64,000 nucleotides of DNA from the human T2T-CHM13v2.0 reference genome, Homo sapiens (GCF_009914755.1 NC_060934.1); one strand, 5' to 3'; shown: positions 12,429 to 24,769, numbered from the stretch's first letter. Program-made: numbers and translations. The notes: generated from the sequence alone by a model not told the origin.

Positions 12429-13814
12429 ATGAGCTCCAGCCACCCCGAGCCGGGTCCCTGGGCACCCCTGAGCCCCCGCCTTCAGCCCCTGTCCCAGAGC
12501 TCTTCCAGCCTGCTGGGTGAAGGCCGGGAACAGAGGCCAGAGCTCCACAAGACTGCCAGCAGCACCATGTGGCAGGCCCAGCTGGGCGAGGCCAGCACCA
12601 GACCCCAGGCCCCGGAGGAAGAGGGGAACCCGCCTGAGAGCATGAAGCCAGCACGGGCCTCTGGCCCCAAGGCGCGACCCAGTGCTGGAGGCCACTGGCG
12701 GAGCAGCACTGTGGGCAATGTGTCCACCATGGGCGGTGGTGACCTTTGTCGCCTGCGGGCCCCTAGTGCTGCTGCTATGCAGAGGAGCCATTCAGACCTG
12801 GTCCGTAGCACCCAGATGCGGGGACACAGTGGTGCTCGGAAGGCCAGTCTCAGCTGCTCAGCCCTTGGCAGCAGCCCTGTCCACAGGGCTCAGCTGCAGC
12901 CAGGTGGTACTTCTGGCCAGGGTGGCCAGGCCCCTGCAGGCCTGGAAAGGGACCTGGCTCCTGAGGATGAGACTTCTAACTCAGCCTGGATGCTGGGGGC
13001 GAGTCAGTTGTCGGTGCCACCACTAGACCTGGGGGACACAACTGCCCACAGCAGCAGTGCCCAGGCTGAGCCCAAAGCTGCTGAACAGCTGGCTACCACC
13101 ACCTGCCATGCTCTGCCCCCAGCTGCTCTACTCTGTGGCATGAGGGAGATGAGGGAGGTGGGGGCTGGTGGCTGCTGCCATGCCCTACCTGCCACAGGGA
13201 TCCTGGCCTTTCCCAAACTAGTGGCGTCAGTGAGCGAGTCTGGGCTGCAGGCTCAGCATGGGGTGAAGATCCACTGTAGGTTGTCTGGGGGGCTCCCTGG
13301 GCACTCCCATTGCTGTGCCCACCTTTGGGGTCCCGCTGGGTTAGTCCCAGAGCCTGGCTCTAGGACCAAAGATGTGTGGACCATGACCTCAGCCAATGAC
13401 TTGGCCCCTGCAGAGGCATCCCCGCTGTCAGCCCAGGATGCTGGTGTGCAGGCGGCCCCAGTGGCGGCCTGCAAGGCTGTGGCCACCAGTCCGTCCCTGG
13501 AAGCGCCTGCAGCCCTGCATGTGTTCCCAGAGGTAACTCTGGGGTCCAGCCTGGAGGAGGCGCCGTCCCCTGTGCGGGATGTGCGATGGGATGCTGAGGG
13601 CATGACATGGGAGGTGTACGGAGCTGCGGTGGACCCGGAGGTGCTCGGTGTGGCCATCCAGAAGCACCTGGAGATGCAGTTTGAGCAGCTGCAGCGGGCG
13701 CCTGCCAGCGAGGACAGCCTGTCTGTGGAGGGCCGGAGGGGGCCGCTGCGGGCTGTCATGCAGTCCCTGCGGCGCCCCAGCTGCTGCGGCTGCTCTGGCG
13801 CGGCCCCCGAGTGA
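12429..13814 (+). CDS. GPRIN2: G protein-regulated inducer of neurite outgrowth 2 (461 aa, single coding exon)
   Basis: Intact 461-aa [22 protein letters not shown]...; C-terminal GPRIN-family motif [34 protein letters not shown] and Cys-rich tail [14 protein letters not shown]; polypyrimidine acceptor CTGCAG| at 12422 followed by GCAGCCATG. Confidence 0.97.
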   Translation: MSSSHPEPGPWAPLSPRLQPLSQSSSSLLGEGREQRPELHKTASSTMWQAQLGEASTRPQAPEEEGNPPESMKPARASGPKARPSAGGHWRSSTVGNVSTMGGGDLCRLRAPSAAAMQRSHSDLVRSTQMRGHSGARKASLSCSALGSSPVHRAQLQPGGTSGQGGQAPAGLERDLAPEDETSNSAWMLGASQLSVPPLDLGDTTAHSSSAQAEPKAAEQLATTTCHALPPAALLCGMREMREVGAGGCCHALPATGILAFPKLVASVSESGLQAQHGVKIHCRLSGGLPGHSHCCAHLWGPAGLVPEPGSRTKDVWTMTSANDLAPAEASPLSAQDAGVQAAPVAACKAVATSPSLEAPAALHVFPEVTLGSSLEEAPSPVRDVRWDAEGMTWEVYGAAVDPEVLGVAIQKHLEMQFEQLQRAPASEDSLSVEGRRGPLRAVMQSLRRPSCCGCSGAAPE

Positions 13815-16800
13815 GGAGCTGTGGCCCTTGGAGCTGGCCTGGGCCCACTGACTTAGTCCTAGACCTGGGCCAGGGACAGTGGGGGCTCCGTGCCCCCTGG
13901 ACCCACCGGCAGCTGGGCACATGTCTCACCCGAATATCGGCTGCCTCCAGACCACAGGACTGCAGCCTGGGGCTTCCGGCCCCACACAGCTGGGCTGTTT
14001 TCTTAAGGGCTTGATTTCCAAGGGCCACATCTCTGCACCTTCCAGGCTCTGAACTTTGAGACAGGGCTTTAGCACTGTGCAGAGGGGAGATCCTGAGTTT
14101 TCTTTAAAAAATGACCTTTTGTTCACTCCACCCTCAGAACTCTGCCATGTTGCCTCGTCAGACTCTTGGTGGCTTTATTTGAAATCAGTGCTGAGAAATA
14201 GTGAATTCTCGACATGAAATGTGAGGCCCCAGTGACAGGGACTGCCCAGGTCTTTAGGGAAGGGGACTGATGTTATCAGAGGCCTCCTGTGTGCCACATA
14301 CTGTGCTTGTCCTGTCTTCACCTCTTCATCCTGGCAAGCCTTCATTTGGCAAGGCTGTAGCCGATGTGCCCCACGCTGGACAGCTTGAAGAGGTGGGACT
14401 GAGATCCAAAGCCAGGGCCGGCTGAGCCGAGGGTGTTGCCCTGTAGCATGTGCCCGGTCCAGTCAGTGCAGTCATGTATGAGGAGAATTTACTGAGCTCA
14501 TACTCTGTGCTGGGTTCTGTGGATTCTGTGGTGAATGAGACAGAGGCTGCCCCTGCCCTGGCTGAGCTCATGGTGTGGGTTGGGGATGACAGGGGAGGAT
14601 GCTGACCATTACGGAGGGCTGCCAGGCTTCCAGGGTCATTGTGTCAGAGGCTGGTCTGAGGAAGGGGAGAATGGGTGGCCACCTGCCCTAATCTCAGTTA
14701 CAAAGCCTAAAATTGCACTATTTTCACCTCATTCTGTCGGCTGAAGGATTTCTCCCCAGCTGGTGCAGTTTGTGGAAGGAGGGAGGGCAGGAATGGAGGG
14801 GGACAGGGCAGGAGTTTGCCCTGGCCCTGGGGTAGGGGCTGTGAGGCTGTGGGGCTCGCTTGCCCACATGACCTGACCTAGGCTAGGCAGTGGGGGCCAG
14901 GGGCCTTGGAGAGACAGAAACATGGGGGTTTGGCACAGTCTGACTTCATTGCCCAAAGATTTCTCAAGGCCTGTGAAGAATGGGAGTGGGCTTGTGTTCT
15001 TGTCCTGGGTCTTTGTCTTGAAGATCCTAAGATCCCGTGACTCAGCCCCCCAATCCACCCTTGTGAGGGACCAGAGGGCTAGTGTGGGGTCATGGCCCAT
15101 GACCTGGCCTGTTTCTGGAGCCTCTTCTGCACCTAGGAGCCCAGGACCCCCACAGTGGTGGCTTACTTTTCCCCATCCTCAAGGACCTGGTACTCATTGA
15201 GGTGGAAATGACTCATGCAACAGTTGGTGAATTTGTAAAGCAGGAGTGGCATTTCAACAGGCCACAAGGACAAAGTGACAAAGGCGTGCGTCAGGTCAGA
15301 TGCCTCCTGAAGCCCAACGATGGACCATTCTCACCCGTAAACCTGCCTTTCCCATATGCATAGGTGCACCCCTTGGGATTCTGGGGCTGTCAGTCCCTTT
15401 GTGTATGGTGCCAGGGCAGGCAGCTCACGTTCTGGGGAGTGACACATGGGTATATGCCATCTTCATGCCTGGCTCCCCATGGAGTCTCCAGGAACCCCAG
15501 CCCGTTAGGGTCACATGAGAGAGAACAAATGGCTGTGGGTACATGGGGAGGGACCTTTCACACAGGGCCATAGCTAAGTAGGGTCTTGAGGATGCAGGGG
15601 TTAGACAGGTGGGTGGAGAGAGGGCAGGACCTGCCCGGCAGATGGAACAGCCTGGTCAGATACTTGGATGTGCCTGTCCTGCCCGGGCCATGATGAGTTT
15701 CTGCAGTGGCGGCTCATTTGGAGCGTTTGTTGGGTTGGGAGGTGACCAGGGGTCCCCATTGTGAAGATCCTGATGTAAATGAGGAAAGGAACTTTAAGGG
15801 AACTGTGGAAGGGGTTCTGAGGTGGGACCAGATTTCAGTTTAGAAATATCCATTTGGCTTCCAGTGGAGATGTGCCAGGTGACACCAAGGAGGGGCCTGT
15901 TTAGGGGCAATGGAGTGGGCAGCTGGGGGCTGGGTTCATACACGTGCACACACACGCATACACAGGCACACGTGTGCAATGGATTTGGGGAGGAGGCATT
16001 TCAGGATGCTGAGGTTTCCAGTTTGAGCAAGAGGAGGGTGAGGCCACTACCTGGGACAAGGTGAATGGCATGTTCAGCAGGTGCAGAAAGGGCCACATGC
16101 CACAGGGTTTGGCTGGGACCAGTGAAACCTACTTCATGAAGAGACTTTCTTCTGTGTCACATGCAGATTCTCATGCATTCACGCTGGCTGGGTGCCACTC
16201 TGTGCTACCTCCATGCTGCCCTGGCTTGCCAGGATGGCAGGCCGGGCTGGGCTCAGCCAAGCTCCCACTCACCTCATCATCACTGAGATGAGTATTTGCA
16301 GAGCGGTGCTGGAATCCAACACCTGTGTCTTGGCTGGGGCCCCAGACGATTCTCCTGGCTAAACCACGATCCTTGTCTCCCTAGCCCAGTTGCACAGCTG
16401 CTGCTGACAGGTCTACCTGAAGTGACTGCAGCCTCATTTCTGATTGGAACTGGAGACCCCTCCCAACCCCCCTTGCTGTGCCCTCTCCTGGGACAGGCCT
16501 GATGCCTGCAGTGGTTTAGGGCCCCAGAGCATGGCCAGCGGTTTAGTTTACAGATCTCCTCCCCTTGGACTCTAGATTTCTGGCCAGACTTTCTGGGTCC
16601 CTTTCAGGCCCTGCTCTGGGAGGTGTTGGAGTTCACTGTTGATGTGTTTGTTTGGCTTTGAATTCAAAATAGATACAAATTTGGAGGTGAGAGCTTTGCC
16701 AGACCCCAGCAGGGATGGGGCATCGGTCCTGGCTGGTCTTGTTTATTTTGTCCTGGTAAATTCTGTTCTCTGGAGCATAAACCGTGGAGTCCTAGAGCCC

Positions 16801-17214
16801 CTTGTCTCAGCAGGAATCCCCCCTCTGTCTGCTCCAGGGGCTCCCTGCTTCTGCCCACCTGCTCTCCTTCCATGGCATTCAGGACCCCCGACAGCTGAAG
16901 CCTCTCTTCATATAGCTTGTCCCCTCTGGGCCTGCCTGTCTTGTGTCCAGGACACAAGACACGCATCCCTTGTCTGGCCCCAGGCTGCCATCACTGTCAC
17001 AAGAAACTCATAGAGTAGAGCTGGTCTGAGGTCACAGTGCTGGTGGTGGTGGAAAAGCAGGGATGGCCTGTTCCACTGTGATCTTACCTCCTGTGTCACC
17101 TGGATTGGGTCTCTGTCCCCTTAGACATGCTAGATCCTAACTTTACAAGGGCTGAAGGGGTCTTCTACATGCAGGTCCCAACACTTTGGGCTGGGGTTGG
17201 CCACCGTAGCTTAG

Positions 17215-17410
17215 TGGGCTAAAGCTGGAGTTTGAATCTGGATATATAGGATCCACACCTATAGCCATGTGATCTTGGGCAAGTTACAAGCCTTGATCAT
17301 CTTCCTCATCTGTAAGATGGGGATGACAATGGTGCCTCCTTCACATGCTTGGTGTGGAGATTAAATAGAATAACCCAAGTAGTGCCTGGCACTGAGTTAG
17401 TGCTCAGCAC
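17215..17410 (+). mobile_element. MIR
   Basis: GATCTTGGGCAAGTTAC...CTTCCTCATCTGTAAGATGGGGATGACAAT...TGCCTGGCAC. Confidence 0.75.
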
Positions 17411-18549
17411 ACAGGCTGGTAGTGTTGGGCACCCCTCTCATAGCCACATTTAGGGGCCACCTCTTACCCTGCCAGCTTGGCTGTGATCACAGCCCACATC
17501 CCACTTCCTTAAAAGTCCCTTGTTCAGAGCCTCTTTCCAGGTTCCTCGCCCCACAGCTTTGCACCCTGCCTGGGACTTGGCCCTCTGGCTGGGGCTTCTG
17601 AAAATGTAGTTCCCAGAGTGCACTGAGGAGGGCTACCCTAGCCCTCACCACTCATCTTGGGCTGGGTTCCCCAGAAGCTTCTGCTGAGATGAGGATGCTG
17701 GAGTTATTAGGGAGGGGAGAGCAAGTTAAGGGAGGGACAGAAGGCAAGGCAGGGTGTGATTTCAGTCCAAGCCAGACCCTAAAGGGGAGCCCTGGATGCA
17801 GTCCCACCTCAGAGTAAGGACTACCCAGGGGTGAAGATGTAGCTTCCAGGCACTTCTGCTCTCTGGCAGGCAGGCTAGGAAGCTCTAGGAGCCCCAGGGT
17901 AGGTTTCTGCATGGAGTTGTAGGGCCTATTTTGGGGGAAGTTGTGCACAGAAACCACCAGAGGGAGTCACAGGCATCTGGGGGTGCACCCATTGACATTT
18001 GCATCCATGTCATGCCAAGCTTGTAGCCCACAAATGCCCAACCCTTTTCTCCATGCATTGCTCTGTCTCAGTTTTGTTCACGCCAAGCAGCCTTGGTTAG
18101 TTAAATGCAGAGCTTGGCATTTGCCCATGTTAAATTCCTTCTCCTTTTTCATTCTGGCCTGGCCTGGTTTTGCCATCTGAAGCTATGATGAGTCCTTTAT
18201 CAGTTTTCATCCAACTTGTCAGGCAGGGCAGGGCTGGTATGAAGCCCAGGACATATCGCTGGGACATCCCATAGGTCTGTGAGATTCCCAGGTCCCTCCA
18301 AATCCACACGGTCATCATGGGCAAATTAGTTTAAGTCTGATCTGTTAAGATCCAGATCTCTCACACCAACAGCACACACCCCTTTTTCCCATGGCCATGG
18401 AAGGAGGGTAGCATAGCCTGACTCGAGTCCTCGTTCTCAGCAGAACTGGTTCTGTGGTGGCCACTTCCCTTTCTCAACTTTTACCTACTTCTGTTTAATA
18501 GGTTGTTCTGCAAGTCTGAGAGCAACGGCAAGCTTAGAAGTGTGGACTC

Positions 18550-18852
18550 GGCCTGGTACAGTGGCTCATGCCTGTAATCCCAGCACTTTGGGAGGCTGAG
18601 GTGGGCTGACTGCTTGAGCTCAGGAGTTCAAAACCAGCTTGGGCAGCATGGCAAAATCCCATCTCTACAAAAAATACAAAAATTAGCTGGGCATGGTGGT
18701 GTGCATCTGTAGCCTCAGCTACTCAGGGGGTTGAGGTGGGAAGATGGCTTGAGCCCAGGAGGTGGAGGTTGCAGTGAGCCGAGATAGTGCCACTGTGCTC
18801 CAGCCTGGATGACGGAGCCAGATCCTGTTTCAAAAAAAGAAAAAGACAAGAA
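18550..18852 (+). mobile_element. AluJ-like
   Basis: TGCTTGAGCTCAGGAGTTC J-type motif; TSD AGAAGT(G/A)TGGACTC at 18536-18549 and 18853-18866. Confidence 0.92.
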
Positions 18853-20479
18853 AGAAGTATGGACTCTACCTTCTTGCCCTTGTGGAGATTGGGAACTGCC
18901 TGCCCTTGGCCTCTTTCCTGTCCATCTTGTATTATGAAAGGCTGTTTCTGGCACACCCGGGCTCCTCTGTGTGGTTTCTGGGAAGTGACTGAGGGTCAGG
19001 GGAATGGAGCCCCTCTGCAGCCGGCCGCTGGTACCTTCCCTATTGAACCCTTCTTTAGGCTTGCTCACTCTTTTTGATGGGTGTCTTTCCAAAGCTGGCT
19101 GGGGACCTCCCTGATTGAGAGACATGGGGCCAGTTCTGTTGCTGTGGCTACACGGGAATAATAAAGCAGAACACCTGAGGAAAGCTGATGTTTACTAAAA
19201 AAAAAAAAACAAGCGAAACCAAAGTGACGTGGGTCCATAGGATTGGGGATGGGTGGTGGGGTCTGACTGCCTTGTCCCAAGAGTTGGGTGAATGCCGCCT
19301 TTGCTCACTTGTGCGGTCACTCTCCAGGACTCCTGCCTGGCTTCTCCCACTCCAAGCCCGAGATAGCCCAGCAAGGAGGAAGGTCTGGCCCCAAAATACG
19401 AGCTCCCCAAGTGGATATCCTAAAATTCATCTTTCATGGCCCTACTTTATTGGGAGGGAATGTGAAAATTGTGGGAATATGTCCATTGACATCTGGGGCT
19501 CAGGGCAGGGGAGTGTGTCTAGTTTTAAGGTGTGCGCTTTTAGCCATGCAGTCATCGCCCAGTCTGTCCTGCCTGGAGCTTTTCATTTCCCTGCAGCTTT
19601 CCTGAGAAAAGACAGAGTGTGCTTTCTCTGCATCCTATGAACATGGCCCCAGGACTGCAGCGCCTCTGTGTGCACACAGCCAAGGACAGTCGGGGGACCT
19701 CTGCTGGTCCTGCACCCGCTGCCCTGGGTGCTCTGTCATCCCCATCCCCCATTTCTCTTTAATCTGTTCTTCTTTTGTGGTTTCATGTTCTCTTTGTTCT
19801 GGGTTATTCAGAACCTGTCTGCCTCCCCACTGTCCATTGTACTTGTTCCTGCCTCCTCCTGCTTTGTGCCAAGGATTTACTTGCCTTCGCCTTCTGGCTC
19901 CATACAGTAGTCTCTCTTCTTGCGGTCTTGGCCATTCCCCCCACCAGGCCCCCAGCTGTGGCTGTGTCTGGGTCTTGGCATTTGTGATGTACATGGGTCT
20001 AGGCCCTTTCTCTCCACCTGTCCTTCCCCTCTTTGGACACAAACCAAAACATCTGAGCATCTCCTTACAGAGGGAGGTCTCCCTGGGGTTGCTGTGCCAA
20101 GTTTCCATTGCTTTTGCCCAGAATGAGAAATCAGTTGTCAGTGGCCCTGCTGGGTGAATGGAAGGACTTTGGTCGGGCTGGAAGGGCACCCCATCAGTCC
20201 TAACTTTTGATGGCCCTTGTTGGTGGCTGGCTGGTTAGGCTGCTAGAGAGGTACATCAGGTGGGTGGCACCCATCTGCTGGCTTTAGGCAGGCCATCTCC
20301 TCATCCATGTTTTCAGAATCTTCTTGCATGGCTTGTAATTGGGTTGGGGTGTGGCCTGAGCCCCTGTGGGGACACACTGCACTGTCCCACCTGTATGCTT
20401 CTCTGCTGTCAGGAACTGGATTCGTGTCCAAGAGCCAAGGCTAGGGACTGGAGGAGGAGATTTCTGTCTTTGACCCCTC

Positions 20480-20873
20480 CATATTAGTCCGTTTTCATGC
20501 TGCTATAAAGAACTGCCTGAGACTGGGTAATTTATAAAGGAAAGAGGTTTAATTGACTCACAGTTCCACGTGGCCCGGGGAGCCTCAGGAAACTTACAGG
20601 AAGCCTCAGGAAACTTACAATCATGGCAGACAGCGAAGGAGAAGCAAGGCACCTTCTTCACAAGGCAGCAGGAAGGAAAATGAATGCAGAAGGAACTACC
20701 AAACACTTATAAAACCATCAGATCTCGTGAGAACTTACTATCACAAGAACAGCATGGGGGAACCGCCCCCACGATTCCATCACCTCCACCTGATCTCTCC
20801 CTTGTCACATGGGGATTATAGGGATTACAATTCAAGATGAGATTTTGGGTGGGGACACAGCCAAAGCATATCA
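20480..20873 (-). mobile_element. THE1-type (ERVL-MaLR) solo LTR
   Basis: TATTAGTCCGTTTTCATGCTGCTATAAAG ... GGGACACAGCCAAAGCATATCA; 5-bp TSD CCCTC at 20475-20479 and 20874-20878. Confidence 0.9.
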
Positions 20874-21406
20874 CCCTCCCAGGCCTGAGCAAGGCCCAAG
20901 CAGGGAGCCTCTGTTGGGGCTGGAACCCTGGGAGGGGTAGAATTCTCCCCTCCACTCAGATTTGTTCCCTGTTGCTGCCCACCTGGCCCCTGCCCTGCAG
21001 CCTTCTGCCTGGCCTTCTCTCTGTTCACTTCTCATTTTTAGCAGTCAACAGACTGGGAGATGGTGGCCAAGGGTGTCATTTTGTACACAAGCTTTGTGGC
21101 TTTTGTAAGCCCAGCCTGCAACTCTTGAGGAAAACTCTTTGGTTTGATTTTTTTTCTCTTCAGAGTTGGGGGTATTCAGGGAGATGGGCAAGGGCTTCTT
21201 GTGAAGATTTCAATTCTTGAAGGGGTGGAAGCCTCCTGGGCTGGGGGAAGGGGTGGGGCAGGAACCAGCAGGGGTGTGGACACAGGGGGCTGGCACCTGG
21301 GATACCGTAGGACAGCTGGGCAGGAAGTCGGATGCTGCTTTATTGAAATTTTTGATATTTTATCATTTTTTCATTAGTTTTTATTTTAAAACACTGCTTT
21401 AAAATA

Positions 21407-21412
21407 ATTAAA
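21407..21412 (+). terminator. GPRIN2: Candidate distal poly(A) signal (ATTAAA) of GPRIN2
   Basis: ATTAAA preceded by U-rich sequence (21350-21400) and followed by GT/T-rich sequence; marks the end of an AT-rich patch before a CpG island. Confidence 0.5.
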
Positions 21413-21549
21413 ATATGATTTATCTTGGTTACCGAATCACTTAGTGTTGCCTTAAATTTTGCGCCTAGTCCCTGCCTGACCTTTCCTCCTCCTCTCCCAG
21501 GGCTTTAGGTACTCTTAGTCCCTGTGTCATAGGGACTGGGAGCAGATAG

Positions 21550-21990
21550 GCCCCTCCGCCCACCCCACCCCTCCCCCACCCCTCGCCCACCCCTCCCCCA
21601 CCCCTCCGCGTTCCTACTCTAATCTCCTACCCTGATCTGCGGTGCAGGGCGGCGCTGGAGAGGGTGGCTTGCGGCTGATCCCGCGGTCTGGTTTGCGGCT
21701 AGGTGTGTGTCCCCGGACTGGCGTGGGTCCCGGGCCAGGCGTGGTCCTGGGCGGCGCGGCCCGTGACAGGACCCGACGCCTCCTGGTGGGCATTTCGCTC
21801 CAAGCCGGGACCCTCGGAGCCTGAGGGGATTCGGGAGGGAGGAGTCGCCGTGGGGCGGGGCGGGGCGGGGCGGGGGAGGGCTCCCAAGGCCCCGAGGACA
21901 GTCCCACCCTCACCGACAGGACCGTCCCTGCGCATCCCCCACCCTTCTTCATCTTCGGGCGCTCGGGCCAACCTGGACAGCAGGGCGGAA
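21550..21990. promoter_or_regulatory. Second CpG island with GC-box array
   Basis: CpG-dense; (GGGGC)4GGGGG at 21852-21876; C-tract repeat at 21551-21608. Confidence 0.7.
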
Positions 21991-22216
21991 GCTTCCAGAA
22001 AGGACAGAGATGGAGAAGGTGGGAAGGGTGGGGCTCAGGCAGGGGACACCACGGCCTTAGGAATGGAAGACAGGCCCCACTTACCTCTTCGACTCCAGAT
22101 GCAGCTCATCCTCACGAGGGGCTGGATGAAGAGGACTTCCTCTCTTTCCCCCCTAAGCTGTGCCTCTGAGCCTCTGTGCAAATATGGTGGTGCAAACCTT
22201 TGGTCTGCCTTCATCA

Positions 22217-22462
22217 TTTTGTTGTTGTTGTTGTTGTTGAGACGGAGTCTTGCAGGCTGGAGTGCAAGTGGCACAATCTCGCTCACTGCAACCTCAGCCT
22301 CTGGGTTCAAGCGATTCTCCTGCCTCAGCCTCAGCCTCCCGAGTAGCTAGGACTACAGGTGTGCACCACCAGGCCTGGCTAATTTTTGTATTTTTAGTAG
22401 AGATGGAGTTTAACCATGTTGGCCAGGCAGCTCTTGAACTCCTGGCCTCAAGTGATCCACCC
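22217..22462 (-). mobile_element. Alu, 5'-truncated, (TTG)n tail
   Basis: Alu motifs end abruptly at GTGATCCACC. Confidence 0.9.
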
Positions 22463-22580
22463 TAATAAACTTGCTTTCACTTTACTCTGTTGGCTGGCTC
22501 TTGAATTCCTTCCTGGGTGAAGCCAAGAACCGACGTAGCCTCCCAGGCTGAACCTCAGTTTGGGGCTTTACCCCATGACA
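22463..22580 (+). mobile_element. ERV1 (MER4-group) LTR 3' fragment
   Basis: AATAAACTTGCTTTCACTTTACTCTG...GAATTCCTTCCTG...AGCCAAGAACC, ending TGACA. Confidence 0.6.
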
Positions 22581-23259
22581 CCCGCAAAGGGCTGGGCTTC
22601 CCTTCTTCTTGGGGAGAGGGTCAAGGAAGTGGCTGTATCTTGAACACCCATTCCTCTTTCCTTCCATGCGCACAAGGCCTCTCTGAGCTGCTGTCTTCCT
22701 TAGGACACTTTCAGCTACAAGTAAGTTAATTTTGAACTGAAAGTTAGCTAAACAATTATTATAGAATGTTCACCTTCCCACTGAAGAATTTAGGAGGTAA
22801 CTGGCTTCTGGGTGGGCTGTGTGGCTCAGTGTGGACATGGATTCAGGTTCTTTCCATATTTGTGCTGTGCCATCTTTAGAGCGTAGTGAAGGCTGTCCTT
22901 AGCCCCACGATGGCTGCTGCATTTCAACTCTGGAATTCAGTTGCTGGAATTCACACTCCAGTCTGTGTGACTCCAGGGCGGTCATTTTGTTTGTCTTTTC
23001 AAAAATGAAAGTAATACGTACTTATGATAAGAATTTAAAACAGTACAGACCTCGGCCTTTTGTTTTATTCATGATAGGAATTTCAAATACTGTGTAAACT
23101 GAAGGTCTGATCCTCGCCCTTGTCTGGAATTCCCGCAGATTACCACTGAAGATGTTAATAATTTCCATGGGCCTTCCACAAACTTCCTTGGTAATCACAA
23201 GCTCAGACCTCTGAATATTCCATACAAGTGAGATCCCACTTAGATACTATTCTGTATTA

Positions 23260-23559
<300 letters not shown>

Positions 23560-23704
23560 TTAAGATATGTCTTGTAGATAATACTGCCACATATAACAAT
23601 ATTTTCTTTATTTTCTTCCTGGGCATATTGTATGGCATAGTATACAAGTGCCTTTTAAAATTAAACCAGACTTCTTTTTCTGGACTTTATGTTACACCTC
23701 ACAT

Positions 23705-24720
23705 TTTTTTAACTTAATAGATTTATTTCTTAGATGAGATTTAATTAAGAGAAAAAGTATGCAGAAAATACAGAGTTCCCCTACACTTTCTCACTCTCAT
23801 ACACTTTCTCCTATTATGAGCTTGCATAGTGTACAACATGGTACATTTGTTACAATTAATGCACCAATATTGATGCATTACTGTTTCCTAAAGTTCATGG
23901 TTTAAAGTTTACTCTTTGTGTTGGACACTTCTCTGGATTTTGAAAATCCATGTGGTGTATCTCCCACTCCAGTAGCATACAGAATAGTTGGACCACCTAA
24001 AAATCCCCTGTGCTCCGTCCATTCACCCCTCTTACCTTCCCCAGGACTCCTGGCAACCACTGATCTTTTTACTGTCTCTATAGTTTTCCTGAATGTCACA
24101 GAGTTGGCTTCATGTAGCATGTAGCCTTTTCAGACAGGCTTCTTTCACCTAGCAATATGGATTTAAGCTTCCTCCATGTATTTTCATAGCTTGAGAACTC
24201 ATTTCTTTTTAGTGCTGAAAAATGTTCTGTTGTCTGGGCATACTGCCATTTATTCATCTACCAAAGGGCATCTTGGTTGCTTTCAGGTTTTGACTATTAT
24301 GAATAAAACTACTATAAATATTCATGTGCAGGTTTTGATGTGGACATATGTTTACTTCAGTTGGTTAAATACGCAGGGCAACATTGCTGTAAGACTATGT
24401 TTAGCTTCATAAGAAACTGCCAAACTATCTCTGTACAATTTCGTATTCCTACTAGCAATGAATGAGAGTTCCTTTTTCTCATATAAAAATAAATATCCTT
24501 GTATGTATAGTTTTATGTTCAGGTGTGAGTATATCTGTAGGATAAATTTTTCATCAAGTGGTACATGTAAAATATCTACCGGTATTGGCAAATTGCTCCC
24601 CAGAAAGATTGCACCAATAATACATGAAAACGCATATTTTCTCATACCCACGCCAATATTTGATTGTTAATCGAACTTTAATATTTTGGCTAATTTGATA
24701 AGTGAAGGAACAATGTCTTC
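23705..24720 (-). mobile_element. Old L1M (L1MC-like) 3' end fragments
   Basis: CTGGCAACCACTGATCTTTTTACTGTCTCTATAG...CATCTTGGTTGCTTTCAGG...GAAACTGCCAAAC. Confidence 0.75.
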
Positions 24721-24769
24721 CTAGTTATTGTGATTTGCAATCTGTTCCCTGTGAGTGAGGTTGTGGTCT

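Noticed and set aside
12354-14028. Antisense and alternative-frame ORFs over GPRIN2
   Set aside because: Shadows of GC-rich coding sequence, with no independent support.
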